A stretch of DNA of 64,000 nucleotides from an uncultured Pseudobdellovibrionaceae bacterium. GTDB lineage: Bacteria > Bdellovibrionota > Bdellovibrionia > Bdellovibrionales > UBA1609. The position numbers and the translations under genes were made by a program. The notes under the pieces were generated by a model. The model saw nothing but the letters and a program-made list of their open reading frames with translations, searched no databases and had not been told where the DNA came from. Where the stretch lies: positions 384,001 through 448,000 of the forward strand of contig CAWDNU010000004.1 of assembly GCA_963803705.1 (NCBI GenBank). Direction: 5' to 3'. Below are positions 19,753-30,375 of the stretch, piece by piece (position 1 is the stretch's first letter; each line of letters opens with the position of its first letter).

Positions 19753-21741
19753 TCAGAGTTTATAAGAGATTCCTAAAGTAGTTACTAAAATGGACTTTAG
19801 TTTTTCACTTAAGTTATCTTGCCCTAAAGATTGCGCTAACCTGTAAAAACGATAGGTATCAAGCAAACCTTTACCCCATCCGTCAAAGCTTGAACAACCA
19901 ACACGATCTTCTGAATAAGAGTAAATACTTTCTATGACCTTAGACTCATATTCAGCCACCTGCGGTTCTTGGTCTTTAGAAGCAGTATAGTTTAAAATAT
20001 AAACATAAAGCATATACTTTATCACCCCTGCTTGAGCATCTAGATTTTTGTCGTTAGAGAAAGCTACAAAGTCTGATGCAGATCTTAGTACCTCTTGCTT
20101 ATAGCTGTCTGTGTATACGCTTTGAGCATCTAAAACCAACTTTAACTCAGCCTGAATTTTATAAATTTGTAAGTATTCATCTACGCGAGTTGATTCTGCA
20201 CCTGCAGAAATATAATGATTCTTGACCCAACTAATATCATTTACCCTTCCTTCTGCAGCGGATAACTTAAGCAGTGATTCGCAACCACGAGCATCGTTCT
20301 TACAGCTGAATTTTAACATCTCTACTGCTTCATTGATCTTTCCGAAAGAAACATAGGTAATTGCCATCAAATCTAAGTTATGTGAGTAATGCCAATCATA
20401 ATTCTGTTTAAAATTATATTTTTTGCTCCAGGATTTATGTGTACTGGCTGCCAAGTCAAATTGATCTTTGGCCTGCTGCCACTCTTGAAATCTTGGAAGA
20501 ACGTGTCCTAACATATGCTGAGCATGGGAAGAATCGGTAGCGATGGAGGCCATTACTTTTGCGTGATCTAGTGCAAACGGGTAACCTAAACTTTCTTCGT
20601 AGTGGTGAGTTAAGTAATGATTTGCCCCTAAGTGATTAGGGTTGATGATCAGTGCTTGAAGGAAAGGGGCTGGATCAGCTGCTCCTTTGGCCAAGTACTG
20701 AGCTAAGGTTAGAACTTCTAAATCGTTAGGCCTTTTTTCATTTAAATTAGCTAAAGCATCACTTATATCTAGAACATCAGTATCACCGATTAGATTTTGG
20801 GCCGTCTTAAATATATATGATTTAATAAATTGATACCAAGCTAAATCTTTACTCTTCATTCTATCTGGACGCACCTTAGATAATTCTAAATTTGCAAATT
20901 TACTACCTGAACGTAAATCAAATTTTATGTAAGCCAGGGCAAGAAAAGATCTTGCCAGATCGTTATCCGGTTCATCTTTTACAGCCATTCTAAATGCTCT
21001 GACTGCGTCGATATAATGAAAGTTATGTAATCGAGCAATTCCCGCATTGATCGCTTTATCAGTTTGAGTTTCACGACCTAAAAATCCGCTCTTTATATAT
21101 GAATATTGGCCAAATTTTTCATTTAAATCTAGTGGTGTATCTAACTTATTTACCGGAACTTTAGATAACTCTGTTATTCCAGCTACGATGTCTTCCAGTG
21201 TGTTCTGAGGATCGCCATCCAATAATAATGCTTGTTTAAGATCATTAATTTCGTATGATGCAGTCACAAATACGCTGGCTTTATTGGTGATGGGATCGAC
21301 GGTAATAAAAGTTGGAAACCCACGCAAAGAGATTTTTAGATAATCTAAAAGAGTCGACGAGCTTTTGGTCGCATTAGAATCACCAGATAAGCTGACGATA
21401 ACAAATTTTTTTTCAATCTCGGCTTTAATTTTTGGGTTTGATTTTAATGCAGCATCAACCATTTTGCATGGGGGACACCAATCCGCGCCCACTATTAAAA
21501 ATATTGATCTGTTAGTAGCTTTTGCTACGGCTTCAGCGTGTTTATAAACTGTCAATTGATTTAGTTCATCTGTGTCGCATTGAGGATAAATTTTTCCACC
21601 GCATTTTTTTAAGTAGTCTTGAGTATCAAAAACTAAGTCAGCTGTAACTTCTAGTTGCCTTGCTGGTCTATCGCCGCTTTGTGCATACGTAGATATTGAG
21701 AAAATAGTCGAAAACACAATGGATACAATTAAATGAGTCAT
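19753..21741 (-). CDS. Exported thioredoxin-domain plus TPR/helical-repeat protein
   Basis: GADWCPPC...GFPT; P.H.GA.HY..H..E and SHAQHM.GH motifs. Confidence 0.8.
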   Translation of the reverse strand: MTHLIVSIVFSTIFSISTYAQSGDRPARQLEVTADLVFDTQDYLKKCGGKIYPQCDTDELNQLTVYKHAEAVAKATNRSIFLIVGADWCPPCKMVDAALKSNPKIKAEIEKKFVIVSLSGDSNATKSSSTLLDYLKISLRGFPTFITVDPITNKASVFVTASYEINDLKQALLLDGDPQNTLEDIVAGITELSKVPVNKLDTPLDLNEKFGQYSYIKSGFLGRETQTDKAINAGIARLHNFHYIDAVRAFRMAVKDEPDNDLARSFLALAYIKFDLRSGSKFANLELSKVRPDRMKSKDLAWYQFIKSYIFKTAQNLIGDTDVLDISDALANLNEKRPNDLEVLTLAQYLAKGAADPAPFLQALIINPNHLGANHYLTHHYEESLGYPFALDHAKVMASIATDSSHAQHMLGHVLPRFQEWQQAKDQFDLAASTHKSWSKKYNFKQNYDWHYSHNLDLMAITYVSFGKINEAVEMLKFSCKNDARGCESLLKLSAAEGRVNDISWVKNHYISAGAESTRVDEYLQIYKIQAELKLVLDAQSVYTDSYKQEVLRSASDFVAFSNDKNLDAQAGVIKYMLYVYILNYTASKDQEPQVAEYESKVIESIYSYSEDRVGCSSFDGWGKGLLDTYRFYRLAQSLGQDNLSEKLKSILVTTLGISYKL

Positions 21742-21839
21742 TAGGTCCTTTTTTTATATATTATTAATGCATTAAAACTCGTAAAATCTAATTACCGCGA
21801 TCTACCACGCAGCTCAGCTAAATGTCGATATTTAGATCT

Positions 21840-21856
21840 AGCATTAGTTGTGCCAG
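21840..21856 (-). promoter_or_regulatory. Putative sigma54 promoter CTGGCACAACTAATGCT
   Basis: Near-consensus TGGCAC...TGC with GG-N10-GC. Confidence 0.65.
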
Positions 21857-22054
21857 GTTCTACGCATTAGTATTGACCTTTAAACGGCAGTTACTTGTTA
21901 ATCTTTTTTACACTAAGGGGTGGTTCTGAATTTATTTCATTTAGTTGAGTGTTCGGATTGGCGCTAGTTATTATTTGGAGAAAGGCGGGTTTATAGGCCG
22001 CGATCTAGGTTTAATCTAACAGATTCGATTTAATTTGTCTTTTATTAACGCCGT

Positions 22055-23056
22055 TCAAAAATTAAAAGTTAAATTGGTCCTTAAGTAAAAGTCTTCACTT
22101 AAGTTTTTTCTAGCAGACTCAATATTGAAAATACTTTCTCCCTCGTAAACCTTTCTATCAAAACTGTAACCTAAACCAATGCTTGCCTTTAAGGTTTTTG
22201 AAAGAAAGCTATTTATACCAAATTCAAGTTTTTTGTCTTCGTAAAAAAGACGATCTTCTTCTTTTATTCTATTTTCGTGCATAAATGTCTGAACCATATA
22301 TCTAAATTTTGTGTAAAACATGGCAGGTCCAAAGATTCTCCAAGCTAAATCGAAACCAGCGCCTGATGGAGTTAGGAATACGCTGTAAACGTAAGATTTA
22401 AAATCCATCCACCTAAAGCTTACAAATGGAAAACCCATGGTCGCAGTAAAATACCTAGTAGGCATGTAAAGATATAAAAATGAAGGCAGCGGAATATTAT
22501 TGAGAAAAGCTCTGTTGTTAGAGAAATTAGCAAGTATTGACCACTGAGATTTAGACTGTCTTTCAAAACTGTAAAGAGCTGTTAGATTTATGGCCGAGTC
22601 TTGCTGCCGACCGAAAGGATTATCACTAGCAGATCCGTAATTCACAATGATGCTAGTGCTCTTACCCTTATCATTAATAAATTTGGTGCCAGAAATTTCA
22701 AAAGATTGGTTAGTAAGAAAATTATTTACCAAAGTGTTACTTTCGCCTATTTCTAAGTCATTTAAGCCAGTGTTTAGACTTTCGATGGCAGCGCTTAAAG
22801 TTAAAATATACTTTTTATTTTTTATTATATTTAGGTCTAGGTCAGCAAACCCTACCCGTTGCCCACCGTTAATCTGCCGAGGAGAGTTTAGCATTAACGT
22901 ATCAGTAATATAATCAAAGACTAATCTTGCCTTCTTGGTTGGCGGTGGGCCACCAATTTGGGCAAACAATATATTTGGGCTTAAGAAAAGTATTAAACTT
23001 AAAAAAACTATTGTTTTGAGCTGATCCGGAATTAAACTGCACTTTAGTCGTATCAT
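22055..23056 (-). CDS. Outer-membrane beta-barrel protein
   Basis: Signal peptide, amphipathic strands, C-terminal FNF. Confidence 0.75.
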   Translation of the reverse strand: MIRLKCSLIPDQLKTIVFLSLILFLSPNILFAQIGGPPPTKKARLVFDYITDTLMLNSPRQINGGQRVGFADLDLNIIKNKKYILTLSAAIESLNTGLNDLEIGESNTLVNNFLTNQSFEISGTKFINDKGKSTSIIVNYGSASDNPFGRQQDSAINLTALYSFERQSKSQWSILANFSNNRAFLNNIPLPSFLYLYMPTRYFTATMGFPFVSFRWMDFKSYVYSVFLTPSGAGFDLAWRIFGPAMFYTKFRYMVQTFMHENRIKEEDRLFYEDKKLEFGINSFLSKTLKASIGLGYSFDRKVYEGESIFNIESARKNLSEDFYLRTNLTFNF

Positions 23057-23069
23057 TTTTTTGAACAGA

Positions 23070-23675
23070 TCATTTTTTGTAAGAAGAATTAAATACGAAT
23101 TCGTCTACAGACTTTCTTTCATTAGGATTTTCTTTACTTGCTAAATCTTCGGGAAGGGACTCTGGTTTACCTTGCTTACCGATAACTATGGCGCAAATAA
23201 CTTCAAATTGGTCTTCGGGAACCTTGGTGATTTCATAAACTTTTTCGTTTTCGATACCGCCCATACCGTGACAGCGATAACCTAACTGCTCAGCTTGAAG
23301 GTTTAAGGACATCCAAGACGCACCTGTATCAAACTTCGCCCACTCATTAATTTTTCCGTTTGCCGAAAACACCTTTCTTGCGAATACGTAGACTAAAAGC
23401 GGTGCTCTAAAAGCCCATTTCTGATTTCCAGGTGCCAGTCCTTGAATAAAGTTAGAATCTTTGCCGACATCTGTTGAATACACAAACATCCAGGGTTGTT
23501 CATTGAAACAGGAAGGCGACCACCTGGCGGCTTCAAAAATCGCCTTGATATGCGCTGCAGGAACTGGTTCGCTTAAAAAAGACCTGGGCGACCATCTATC
23601 TATAAAGATGGGGTTTAAAAGCTTTGAATCAGACTGTCTGATAAACACCTCCGATTGTGAATTTGAATAAAACAC
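23070..23675 (-). CDS. Nitroreductase family protein
   Basis: RWSPRSF, AARWSPSCFNEQPW, FDTGA, HGMGG; start uncertain. Confidence 0.92.
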   Translation of the reverse strand: MFYSNSQSEVFIRQSDSKLLNPIFIDRWSPRSFLSEPVPAAHIKAIFEAARWSPSCFNEQPWMFVYSTDVGKDSNFIQGLAPGNQKWAFRAPLLVYVFARKVFSANGKINEWAKFDTGASWMSLNLQAEQLGYRCHGMGGIENEKVYEITKVPEDQFEVICAIVIGKQGKPESLPEDLASKENPNERKSVDEFVFNSSYKK

Positions 23676-23677
23676 TT

Positions 23678-23802
23678 GGGCCTGTTGAAAAAGTATTAGA
23701 TTCTAGGCGCCCAAGCTTAAAATCGAATGAGTCGTAGTTTATCTACGTCGAATGAGATTTAAGCGAAGGCAACAACGAAGATGATGCTTTTTCAACAGGC
23801 CC
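23678..23802. mobile_element. 125-bp MITE-like element, copy 2
   Basis: 3 substitutions versus copy 1; ACTT direct repeats at 23674-23677 and 23803-23806. Confidence 0.88.
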
Positions 23803-23977
23803 ACTTCCTTAAAAGAGTAAGATATGTAAAGGGCTACGGCAATACTTCACCTTTATCCCCACTGTGTTAAATTCTAAAAGAAATTGTATCAAACAGAAGA
23901 TACAATATAAACTGGCACATATTATATTTTAAAAAATAAGCATGTCTTCACAACTTCTAACCTCTGTAGGCCTAAAT

Positions 23978-24373
23978 ATGTTGAAATCATTTATCATCAG
24001 TTTTATTTTATTTATAATCTTTGACATTGTATGGTGGGGATTTTTGGCTAAAAGCTTTTTTAAGGATACCATGGGCCATATAGCTAGAATGAAAGATGGA
24101 AGCCCCGACATCTTTTACCCTTCAGGTATTGCTGTTTATTTAATAATGAGCGCTGTTCTAACTGTTTTTGTTATTTTGTCTCCTCAATCAAAAACTGAAT
24201 TCAATGCCGCAATCTATGGAGCTTTCTTAGGGCTTGGCCTATTTGCCACATTTGACTTGACCAATCATGCAATTTTGAAAAGCTACCCTATTAAATTTGC
24301 ATTGGTGGATATCAGTTGGGGGACCTTTATGTGTGCCTGTGTTTCTTTCATAACATTTAAATTTTGTAGATAA
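23978..24373 (+). CDS. DUF2177-like membrane protein
   Basis: D.VW.G, ATFDLTNHA, VDISWGT motifs. Confidence 0.8.
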   Translation: MLKSFIISFILFIIFDIVWWGFLAKSFFKDTMGHIARMKDGSPDIFYPSGIAVYLIMSAVLTVFVILSPQSKTEFNAAIYGAFLGLGLFATFDLTNHAILKSYPIKFALVDISWGTFMCACVSFITFKFCR

Positions 24374-24446
24374 GCGTTTGTTCGAGAAAGAATTTTGGAC
24401 AGATTAATGAATTGCTTCAAGTAGAATTAAAACGATACAATATAGT

Positions 24447-25298
24447 GTGTTAAAAATATGGATATCTTCATGGCGCTACCTTTGTTTTCTATTTCCAAGA
24501 TGGATTGCAAAATCTGCTGAAAGTTTTTTTCTTTCGACGTTCAGAGTTCCGCGGCCTAGCTCTGAACTTGCATTTTATGAGACAGCAAAAAAATACAAGT
24601 TGGACTCGGGCCTTCAGGCCTTCGAGTGGGGCGCGGCCTCTGATCCACTAGTTGTGCTTTTGCATGGTTGGAACGGGCGTGGAACACAGATGGGGCATTT
24701 TGTAGCCCCATTAATTAGTCTTAACTACAGGGTCATAGCTCTTGATGGGCCTGCTCATGGTGATTCACCTGGTTCTAAAACTGATATTAAACAATTTTCT
24801 GGCGCTTTACTAGAAACGCAGAAACAACTTGGCGATTACAAAGCAATTATATCACACTCTTTTGGCACAGGTTGCTGTGTGCTTTCAACTTCAATGGGTT
24901 TGCATGTCCAGAAACTAGTGTTGATAGCCGGACCATCTAAGTACGACCGGATGATCCAACTTTTTGTTAAAAGAGTTGGATTAAACAGTCGGTCTAAAAA
25001 CTATTTTTATAAAAGCCTAAAACAAAGAACAGGTCTTGATCCGCAAGATATTAACATTGGCTTGATTGGTTCTAAGCTTGATGTAAGTGCTTTGATTGTC
25101 CACGACATAAGCGATAAGGCTGTGGACGTGAAAAACGCAAAAGACTTACACGGCCTATGGCCAAGCACCGAACTAAAGATAACTGAGGGTTTGGGTCACT
25201 ACCGCATATTGAAAGATCAATCAGTCATCGATGCCGCTGTGGAATTTATTGATCGGAAAGTGATACTGAAAAAAAAGATTTTATCTTTGGATCTATAG
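24447..25298 (+). CDS. Alpha/beta fold hydrolase
   Basis: LLHGWNG, DGPAHGDS, SHSFG, HD..D, GLGHYRIL. Confidence 0.9.
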   Translation: MLKIWISSWRYLCFLFPRWIAKSAESFFLSTFRVPRPSSELAFYETAKKYKLDSGLQAFEWGAASDPLVVLLHGWNGRGTQMGHFVAPLISLNYRVIALDGPAHGDSPGSKTDIKQFSGALLETQKQLGDYKAIISHSFGTGCCVLSTSMGLHVQKLVLIAGPSKYDRMIQLFVKRVGLNSRSKNYFYKSLKQRTGLDPQDINIGLIGSKLDVSALIVHDISDKAVDVKNAKDLHGLWPSTELKITEGLGHYRILKDQSVIDAAVEFIDRKVILKKKILSLDL

Positions 25299-25420
25299 CT
25301 AGCCGGAGTTAATTTACCACTAGTATAGAAAATGGCTTTGTATATCTGCCGAGATACTATAGACGAAGAATTGTAAGAGAACAGTACTTTAAAGGCATTG
25401 CCATTTCATTTAGGTGGTAT

Positions 25421-25437
25421 TTGGTATGGCAATTGCT
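25421..25437 (+). promoter_or_regulatory. Putative sigma54 promoter TTGGTATGGCAATTGCT
   Basis: GG-N10-GC with TTGC; predicted +1 just before AGGAG SD. Confidence 0.65.
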
Positions 25438-25458
25438 AGCCATTGGCTAGGAGCTTTT

Positions 25459-26193
25459 ATGAAATTGAACCTAGCAATAATCTTCTTACTATTATTTCAG
25501 TTTAGTAGTAGCTCTTACGGAAATTCTTGCGAGAATTTTATTTCTTCCAAAACTGTAGACAGCGCAGTCGTAGATAATTTAGTTTCACGAAACCTATTGG
25601 TAAATCAAAATTCGGTAAGAGGACGTTCAGGTCTATGCGGGATTACTTGCGTTTTTAACGCCCTACAAATCCTCTTGGTTCATGATGGGCACTCACCTAG
25701 ATTGGATCTGCAAGAGCTCTTAATTGAAGGAGCACTGAAATGGACCCGTCCCACTGGGGGGTTGAGCCAAGATGGCTTAGTTCATATGATCAAAATAGTT
25801 AAGAAAACATACTTCCCCTACATGAGCGCCGTAGCGATTAGTGGTAAGTATACTGGCAATATTACAGAGTCGTTTTACTTCAGAAAAGTCGAACGACTAA
25901 ACCTTGGGGATCTCAAGCCAAAACCAGGTAGTGTTTTGATGATGTCAGTTGCAGGACTAAAAAGCACAGGTGAGATAGGCTACCATATTTTTATAGTGAA
26001 GAGTTTTAACGGAAACACCCTAGAGCTTGTCGACCCGAATGCACCGGAAATAGACAAAAAAGCATTACTCAGTAGCTACGGCGAATACAGAGGTAGTAGT
26101 GTCCCAGTTTTTTCCTTCAGCGGGAAATATAAATATAATAATTATGATCGAATTTTTCCATATTCTTTAGTCCAAATGGAAATTCACAACTAG
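25459..26193 (+). CDS. Secreted papain-like (C39-type) cysteine peptidase, putative
   Basis: Signal peptide; Q...GLCGITC, YHIFIV, VDPN catalytic pattern. Confidence 0.6.
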   Translation: MKLNLAIIFLLLFQFSSSSYGNSCENFISSKTVDSAVVDNLVSRNLLVNQNSVRGRSGLCGITCVFNALQILLVHDGHSPRLDLQELLIEGALKWTRPTGGLSQDGLVHMIKIVKKTYFPYMSAVAISGKYTGNITESFYFRKVERLNLGDLKPKPGSVLMMSVAGLKSTGEIGYHIFIVKSFNGNTLELVDPNAPEIDKKALLSSYGEYRGSSVPVFSFSGKYKYNNYDRIFPYSLVQMEIHN

Positions 26194-26328
26194 ATTATCC
26201 AAATTGAAAACACGACTCGTCAAAGCATTATTAGTCTACATTTTTGATCCAGATCATAATAAGCTAACGCTTCTGGCCCAAAGTGTTACCTATGTCAGAG
26301 GGCCCTTGCCATGTGATACCCTTTAGCA

Positions 26329-28692
26329 ATGTCAGATCTAGATTCAAAAATTGTTAGAGCCTTAAATAATCAGCTGAATTATAAGTCAGAGCAAATATTA
26401 AAATCTTTAGAACTTTTGATCACTGAAAAATCCACTATTCCATTTGTTTCAAGATACAGAAAAGAGGCCACAGGTGGACTGGATGATGTAGCATTAATTG
26501 AAATATTAGATACTTACAACGACACTGTAGCTAAAGAAGATCGAAGGTCATTTATTTTAGAAACCTTAAAGAAATTAGAAAAACTGACTTCAGAATTAGA
26601 AAATTCAATATTAGCAGCCAAAACCTTAAATCAACTAGAGGATTTGTACGCCCCTTTTAAAAGTAAAGTTAAAACTAAAGCTCAGGTGGCAATTGAGCAG
26701 GGTTTAAAGCCTTTGGCTGAACTTATGAAGACCACAGCACTAAAACCCAAAGAATTAGAAAAAGAAAAAGCAGCTGAATTTATAAGTAAAAACAATAAAG
26801 TTGATTCTTTCGATCAAGCCATAGAAGGCGCTTGTGACATTGTCATAGAAGAGATTTCGAATAACCCTGAACTTAAAGATGAATTTAGAAAATTTTATTG
26901 GGAACAGGCCACACTTAAGTCTAACTTAAAAAAAGGTGCAGAAAAGGTCGAACAGCATTTAAAGTACAAGGACTACTTCGAATTTGAACAGAAGCTGTCT
27001 ACACTTAAAGAGCCTAAAAGTAATTTTAGATTTTTAGCCTTAAAAAGAGGTGCTAATGAAAAGATCTTAAACTTGAGTTTAGTCGTTGATTCGGAGCACT
27101 TGGTGGGACTTGTTCTAGGCAAAACTTTTCCAAATTTAGACAGGCTTGGATTTAAAGATATACTTAAAGTGTGCGGCCAAAAGGCATACTCTCAGTATAT
27201 CCATCGAAGTTTAGACAACGAGATTAAAAGTGAACTTAAAGATCTGGGTGACGATTCTGCTATACAGATTTTTAGCGAAAACTTAAAGAGCTTATTGCTA
27301 CAGCCTTACATAGGACAAAAGGCAATATTAGGGATCGATCCCGGCGTTAGGACAGGTTGCAAAGTGGTAGCTATTGATCAAAACGGCAACTACTTGATCG
27401 ACTCTGTTATTTACCCTCATCCACCTAAAGTGGATAAAGTAGGGTCTGCTAAAACAATTTTGCTTTTCTTAGAAAAATTTAAAATCGATTTCATAGCTAT
27501 AGGCAGCGGAACTTACGGACGAGAGACTTTACAATTTTTGCAAGAAAGTATTCCCGATGTAAAGTCAGGCAAAATTAAGGCCGTACTGGTTAATGAAGAT
27601 GGTGCCAGTATCTATTCAGCCAGCCAGGTGGCCCGGGAAGAGTTTCCGGACAAGGACGTAACTGTTCGCGGGGCCATTAGTATTGCTAGAAGATTTCAGG
27701 ACCCCTTAGCCGAACTGGTAAAGATCGACCCAAAATCTATCGGAGTTGGGCAGTACCAGCATGACGTTAATCCTATTAAATTAAAAAAATCTTTGGGATA
27801 CGCCGTTGAAGCCTGTGTAAATCATGTGGGCGTTGACTTAAACACCGCTAGTTACTCGCTTTTAACCTATGTATCAGGCATCGGCCCTGGAGTCGCAAAG
27901 AGCATCGTTAAAACTCGCGAAAAGATTGGTGGTTTTAAAGATAGAAAAGAGCTATTGAAAGTTTCCCGCTACACCGCTAAAACATTTGAACAGTCAGCCG
28001 GTTTTTTAAGGATCCATGGTGGCAAGAACCCATTAGATGCAACCTTTATTCACCCCGAGGCCTACCCAATTCTAGAATCTTGGTGCAAAAAAAATGATAT
28101 AAAATTAAGTGAGCTTCCACAAAATAAAGACAACATAGAATTGCTAATAAAAGATAAAGATCTTCAAATAGAAATCGGAAAGTACACCCATGATGATATT
28201 ATAAAGTGCTTAACAGCATCCAAACAAGATCCACGCACAGAGTTTGAAAGCTTTAAATACCGAGATGATATTAAAGAAATGTCTGATTTAAAAATTGGCC
28301 AGACTTACCCCGGGCTAATCACTAATATCACTCAATTCGGGGCGTTCGTGGATATAGGAATTAAAGAAAATGCCTTAATTCATATCTCGCAAATTTCAGA
28401 CCAATTTGTAGATGACCCACTTAAGGTGTTAAAAGTAGGTCAGTCTGTGAAAGGGCGATTAATTGATTTGGATCCAACTAGAAAAAGAATTTCGCTATCG
28501 CTTAAATCCAATCCCGAAATAAATTCAGGTCATGCAAAAAACAAATCAAACACAAACAGCAATTCAAAATCTTTAAACCAAAAAATAAATCAACCCCGAA
28601 ATAATTCATCCTCAAACGAAAGAGTTAAAAATGATAACAGTAAAGTCGACGACAGTAATCCTTTCGCTGCTTTAAAAAAGTTAAAATTGTAG
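26329..28692 (+). CDS. tex: Tex family transcription accessory protein (YqgF-like, HhH, S1 domains)
   Basis: TIPFVSRYRKEATGGLD, GIDPGVRTGCK, IDPKSIGVGQYQHDV, S1 domain FGAFVDIG. Confidence 0.96.
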   Translation: MSDLDSKIVRALNNQLNYKSEQILKSLELLITEKSTIPFVSRYRKEATGGLDDVALIEILDTYNDTVAKEDRRSFILETLKKLEKLTSELENSILAAKTLNQLEDLYAPFKSKVKTKAQVAIEQGLKPLAELMKTTALKPKELEKEKAAEFISKNNKVDSFDQAIEGACDIVIEEISNNPELKDEFRKFYWEQATLKSNLKKGAEKVEQHLKYKDYFEFEQKLSTLKEPKSNFRFLALKRGANEKILNLSLVVDSEHLVGLVLGKTFPNLDRLGFKDILKVCGQKAYSQYIHRSLDNEIKSELKDLGDDSAIQIFSENLKSLLLQPYIGQKAILGIDPGVRTGCKVVAIDQNGNYLIDSVIYPHPPKVDKVGSAKTILLFLEKFKIDFIAIGSGTYGRETLQFLQESIPDVKSGKIKAVLVNEDGASIYSASQVAREEFPDKDVTVRGAISIARRFQDPLAELVKIDPKSIGVGQYQHDVNPIKLKKSLGYAVEACVNHVGVDLNTASYSLLTYVSGIGPGVAKSIVKTREKIGGFKDRKELLKVSRYTAKTFEQSAGFLRIHGGKNPLDATFIHPEAYPILESWCKKNDIKLSELPQNKDNIELLIKDKDLQIEIGKYTHDDIIKCLTASKQDPRTEFESFKYRDDIKEMSDLKIGQTYPGLITNITQFGAFVDIGIKENALIHISQISDQFVDDPLKVLKVGQSVKGRLIDLDPTRKRISLSLKSNPEINSGHAKNKSNTNSNSKSLNQKINQPRNNSSSNERVKNDNSKVDDSNPFAALKKLKL

Positions 28693-28695
28693 CTT

Positions 28696-29583
28696 GTGGG
28701 TGTAGAGAGCCAATCTTACCTATACGCGTTTTCTGCGGTATTTTCGTTTTCGATTTCCGCAGTTGGATTTACGTATTTCACACAAAAAATTTCTGCATTA
28801 TGGATGAATATCTTTAAGTGCATAATTTCATTTCTAATTAGCTTACCAATCATTTTATACTTAAACCACCACGCACTTTGGTCCTTTGAACAGTCGTGGC
28901 CTTTTTACTTAAGTGGAATTATTGGTTTGAACTTAGGCGACTGGATGTTACTAAGCGCTTATAAAAAAATTGGTCCGGCCAGAACTTTGATGCTTTTTGG
29001 GTTTCAGCCCTTAATAGCTGGGGGATTTTCTTTTTATGTTTGGGGCGAAACAATTTACCCAAGAAAACTTATCGCCATCATTTTTTTTATAATATGCTTA
29101 TTTATTTTTAGCTTTGAAAAATTTAAGGTCAATAGAAAATGGGATTTTACTGGACTTCTATATGCCCTTGCCGGGGTAACCCTGGATAGCGTTGGCGTAA
29201 TTTTAACCAGATACGGTTTTAATGAAAGCCCCGATATCAGTGGATTGGACGCACAATATATCAGAACTTTAGCAGCACTTGTAAGTTTTGTTTTTTTCAT
29301 TCCATTTGTTAAAATAGACGTGATCGCTAACTACTTTTCACTGACCCAAAAAGAAAGAGGTGTCGCCGTACTATCAAGTGTATTTGGTACATTCTTATCG
29401 TTAGCATTTTACATGCAGGCTATAAAAATTGGAAAACTTGCTGCAGTGACTTCCATTGTTCTAACTGACCCGATGATGTCTACTTTTTTCGAGTCTATCT
29501 GGCTTAAAAGGTGGCCATCAAAATATCTTTGGCTTGCGATGCTAAGTTTTATATGTGCAATGTATTTTTTGTTTTTATCTTAA
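28696..29583 (+). CDS. DMT/EamA family transporter
   Basis: About 10 TM helices in two repeats. Confidence 0.85.
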   Translation: MGVESQSYLYAFSAVFSFSISAVGFTYFTQKISALWMNIFKCIISFLISLPIILYLNHHALWSFEQSWPFYLSGIIGLNLGDWMLLSAYKKIGPARTLMLFGFQPLIAGGFSFYVWGETIYPRKLIAIIFFIICLFIFSFEKFKVNRKWDFTGLLYALAGVTLDSVGVILTRYGFNESPDISGLDAQYIRTLAALVSFVFFIPFVKIDVIANYFSLTQKERGVAVLSSVFGTFLSLAFYMQAIKIGKLAAVTSIVLTDPMMSTFFESIWLKRWPSKYLWLAMLSFICAMYFLFLS

Positions 29584-30375
29584 AAAAAGGGCACAGGATC
29601 TTGGATTATGAATTTTGTTCTTTTGATTGTGATTAAGAGCTTTCATAACCATTTCGAAAGCTCTTGGTCGAAGTAGAGGTTTCCAATTTTGAATTAAATC
29701 GTAAACAGAGCTACTTAAATCTGAGGAGTGTTTTATTTTTACCCCCAGGCCGTAGTCCATTAATACCCAACCGCGTCCATTAACATACCCAATTTGAAAA
29801 GGTAAAAAATCAGGTAACACTTTAACTTTTTCGAATGACTCTAGGAATAAAATTAGGTCAATAAATCTTGGATCAAAAGAATTAGGTGCTACACTCAAAA
29901 ACGTGTTTAAAGTCATTGTAACCTTCAAGTATTCTACAACTGTTACAAAGTCAGATTGGTATTGAAGGTCTAAGATTTTTACAAGGCTTTTTGGATTAAC
30001 AACAGATCTAAGCAAATAGTAGGATTCCATAAATCCAAGCGCCATTTGAACAGAATGGCTAGCTTCTAAACCACTGGTTGATATTTTAAGGTCATTAGAG
30101 CCGACGAACTGAGCTAAACGAACCGCGTTTCCCCTATCGTCTTCAAAAACAATTGTGTTGTTTCCTGACCCTAAAAACTGATTGAAAACAATGATGTCTC
30201 CAGATTCAAGCACCAGGTGATCCCCGGAATTTACCTTACGTCCATTAACAATAAGCTCGGAATTATTGTAGATATAATACCCTGGCGTGACTCTATCTTG
30301 ACCAAACAAAACATGACTTTGCAAACCAAATGCAAGAGAAGGTACACACAACATTATAAGGACTATTTTAAACAC
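29575..30375 (-). CDS. Hypothetical secreted protein, weakly kinase-like
   Basis: Signal peptide; LGSGN loop, PDF...WVLMDYG; ends SCALFLR; GTG 30375 preferred start. Confidence 0.55.
   Translation of the reverse strand: MFKIVLIMLCVPSLAFGLQSHVLFGQDRVTPGYYIYNNSELIVNGRKVNSGDHLVLESGDIIVFNQFLGSGNNTIVFEDDRGNAVRLAQFVGSNDLKISTSGLEASHSVQMALGFMESYYLLRSVVNPKSLVKILDLQYQSDFVTVVEYLKVTMTLNTFLSVAPNSFDPRFIDLILFLESFEKVKVLPDFLPFQIGYVNGRGWVLMDYGLGVKIKHSSDLSSSVYDLIQNWKPLLRPRAFEMVMKALNHNQKNKIHNPRSCALFLR

Noticed and set aside
23912..23928. sigma54 promoter CTGGCACATATTATAT upstream of the DUF2177 gene
   Set aside because: -24 box is good but the -12 GC is missing.
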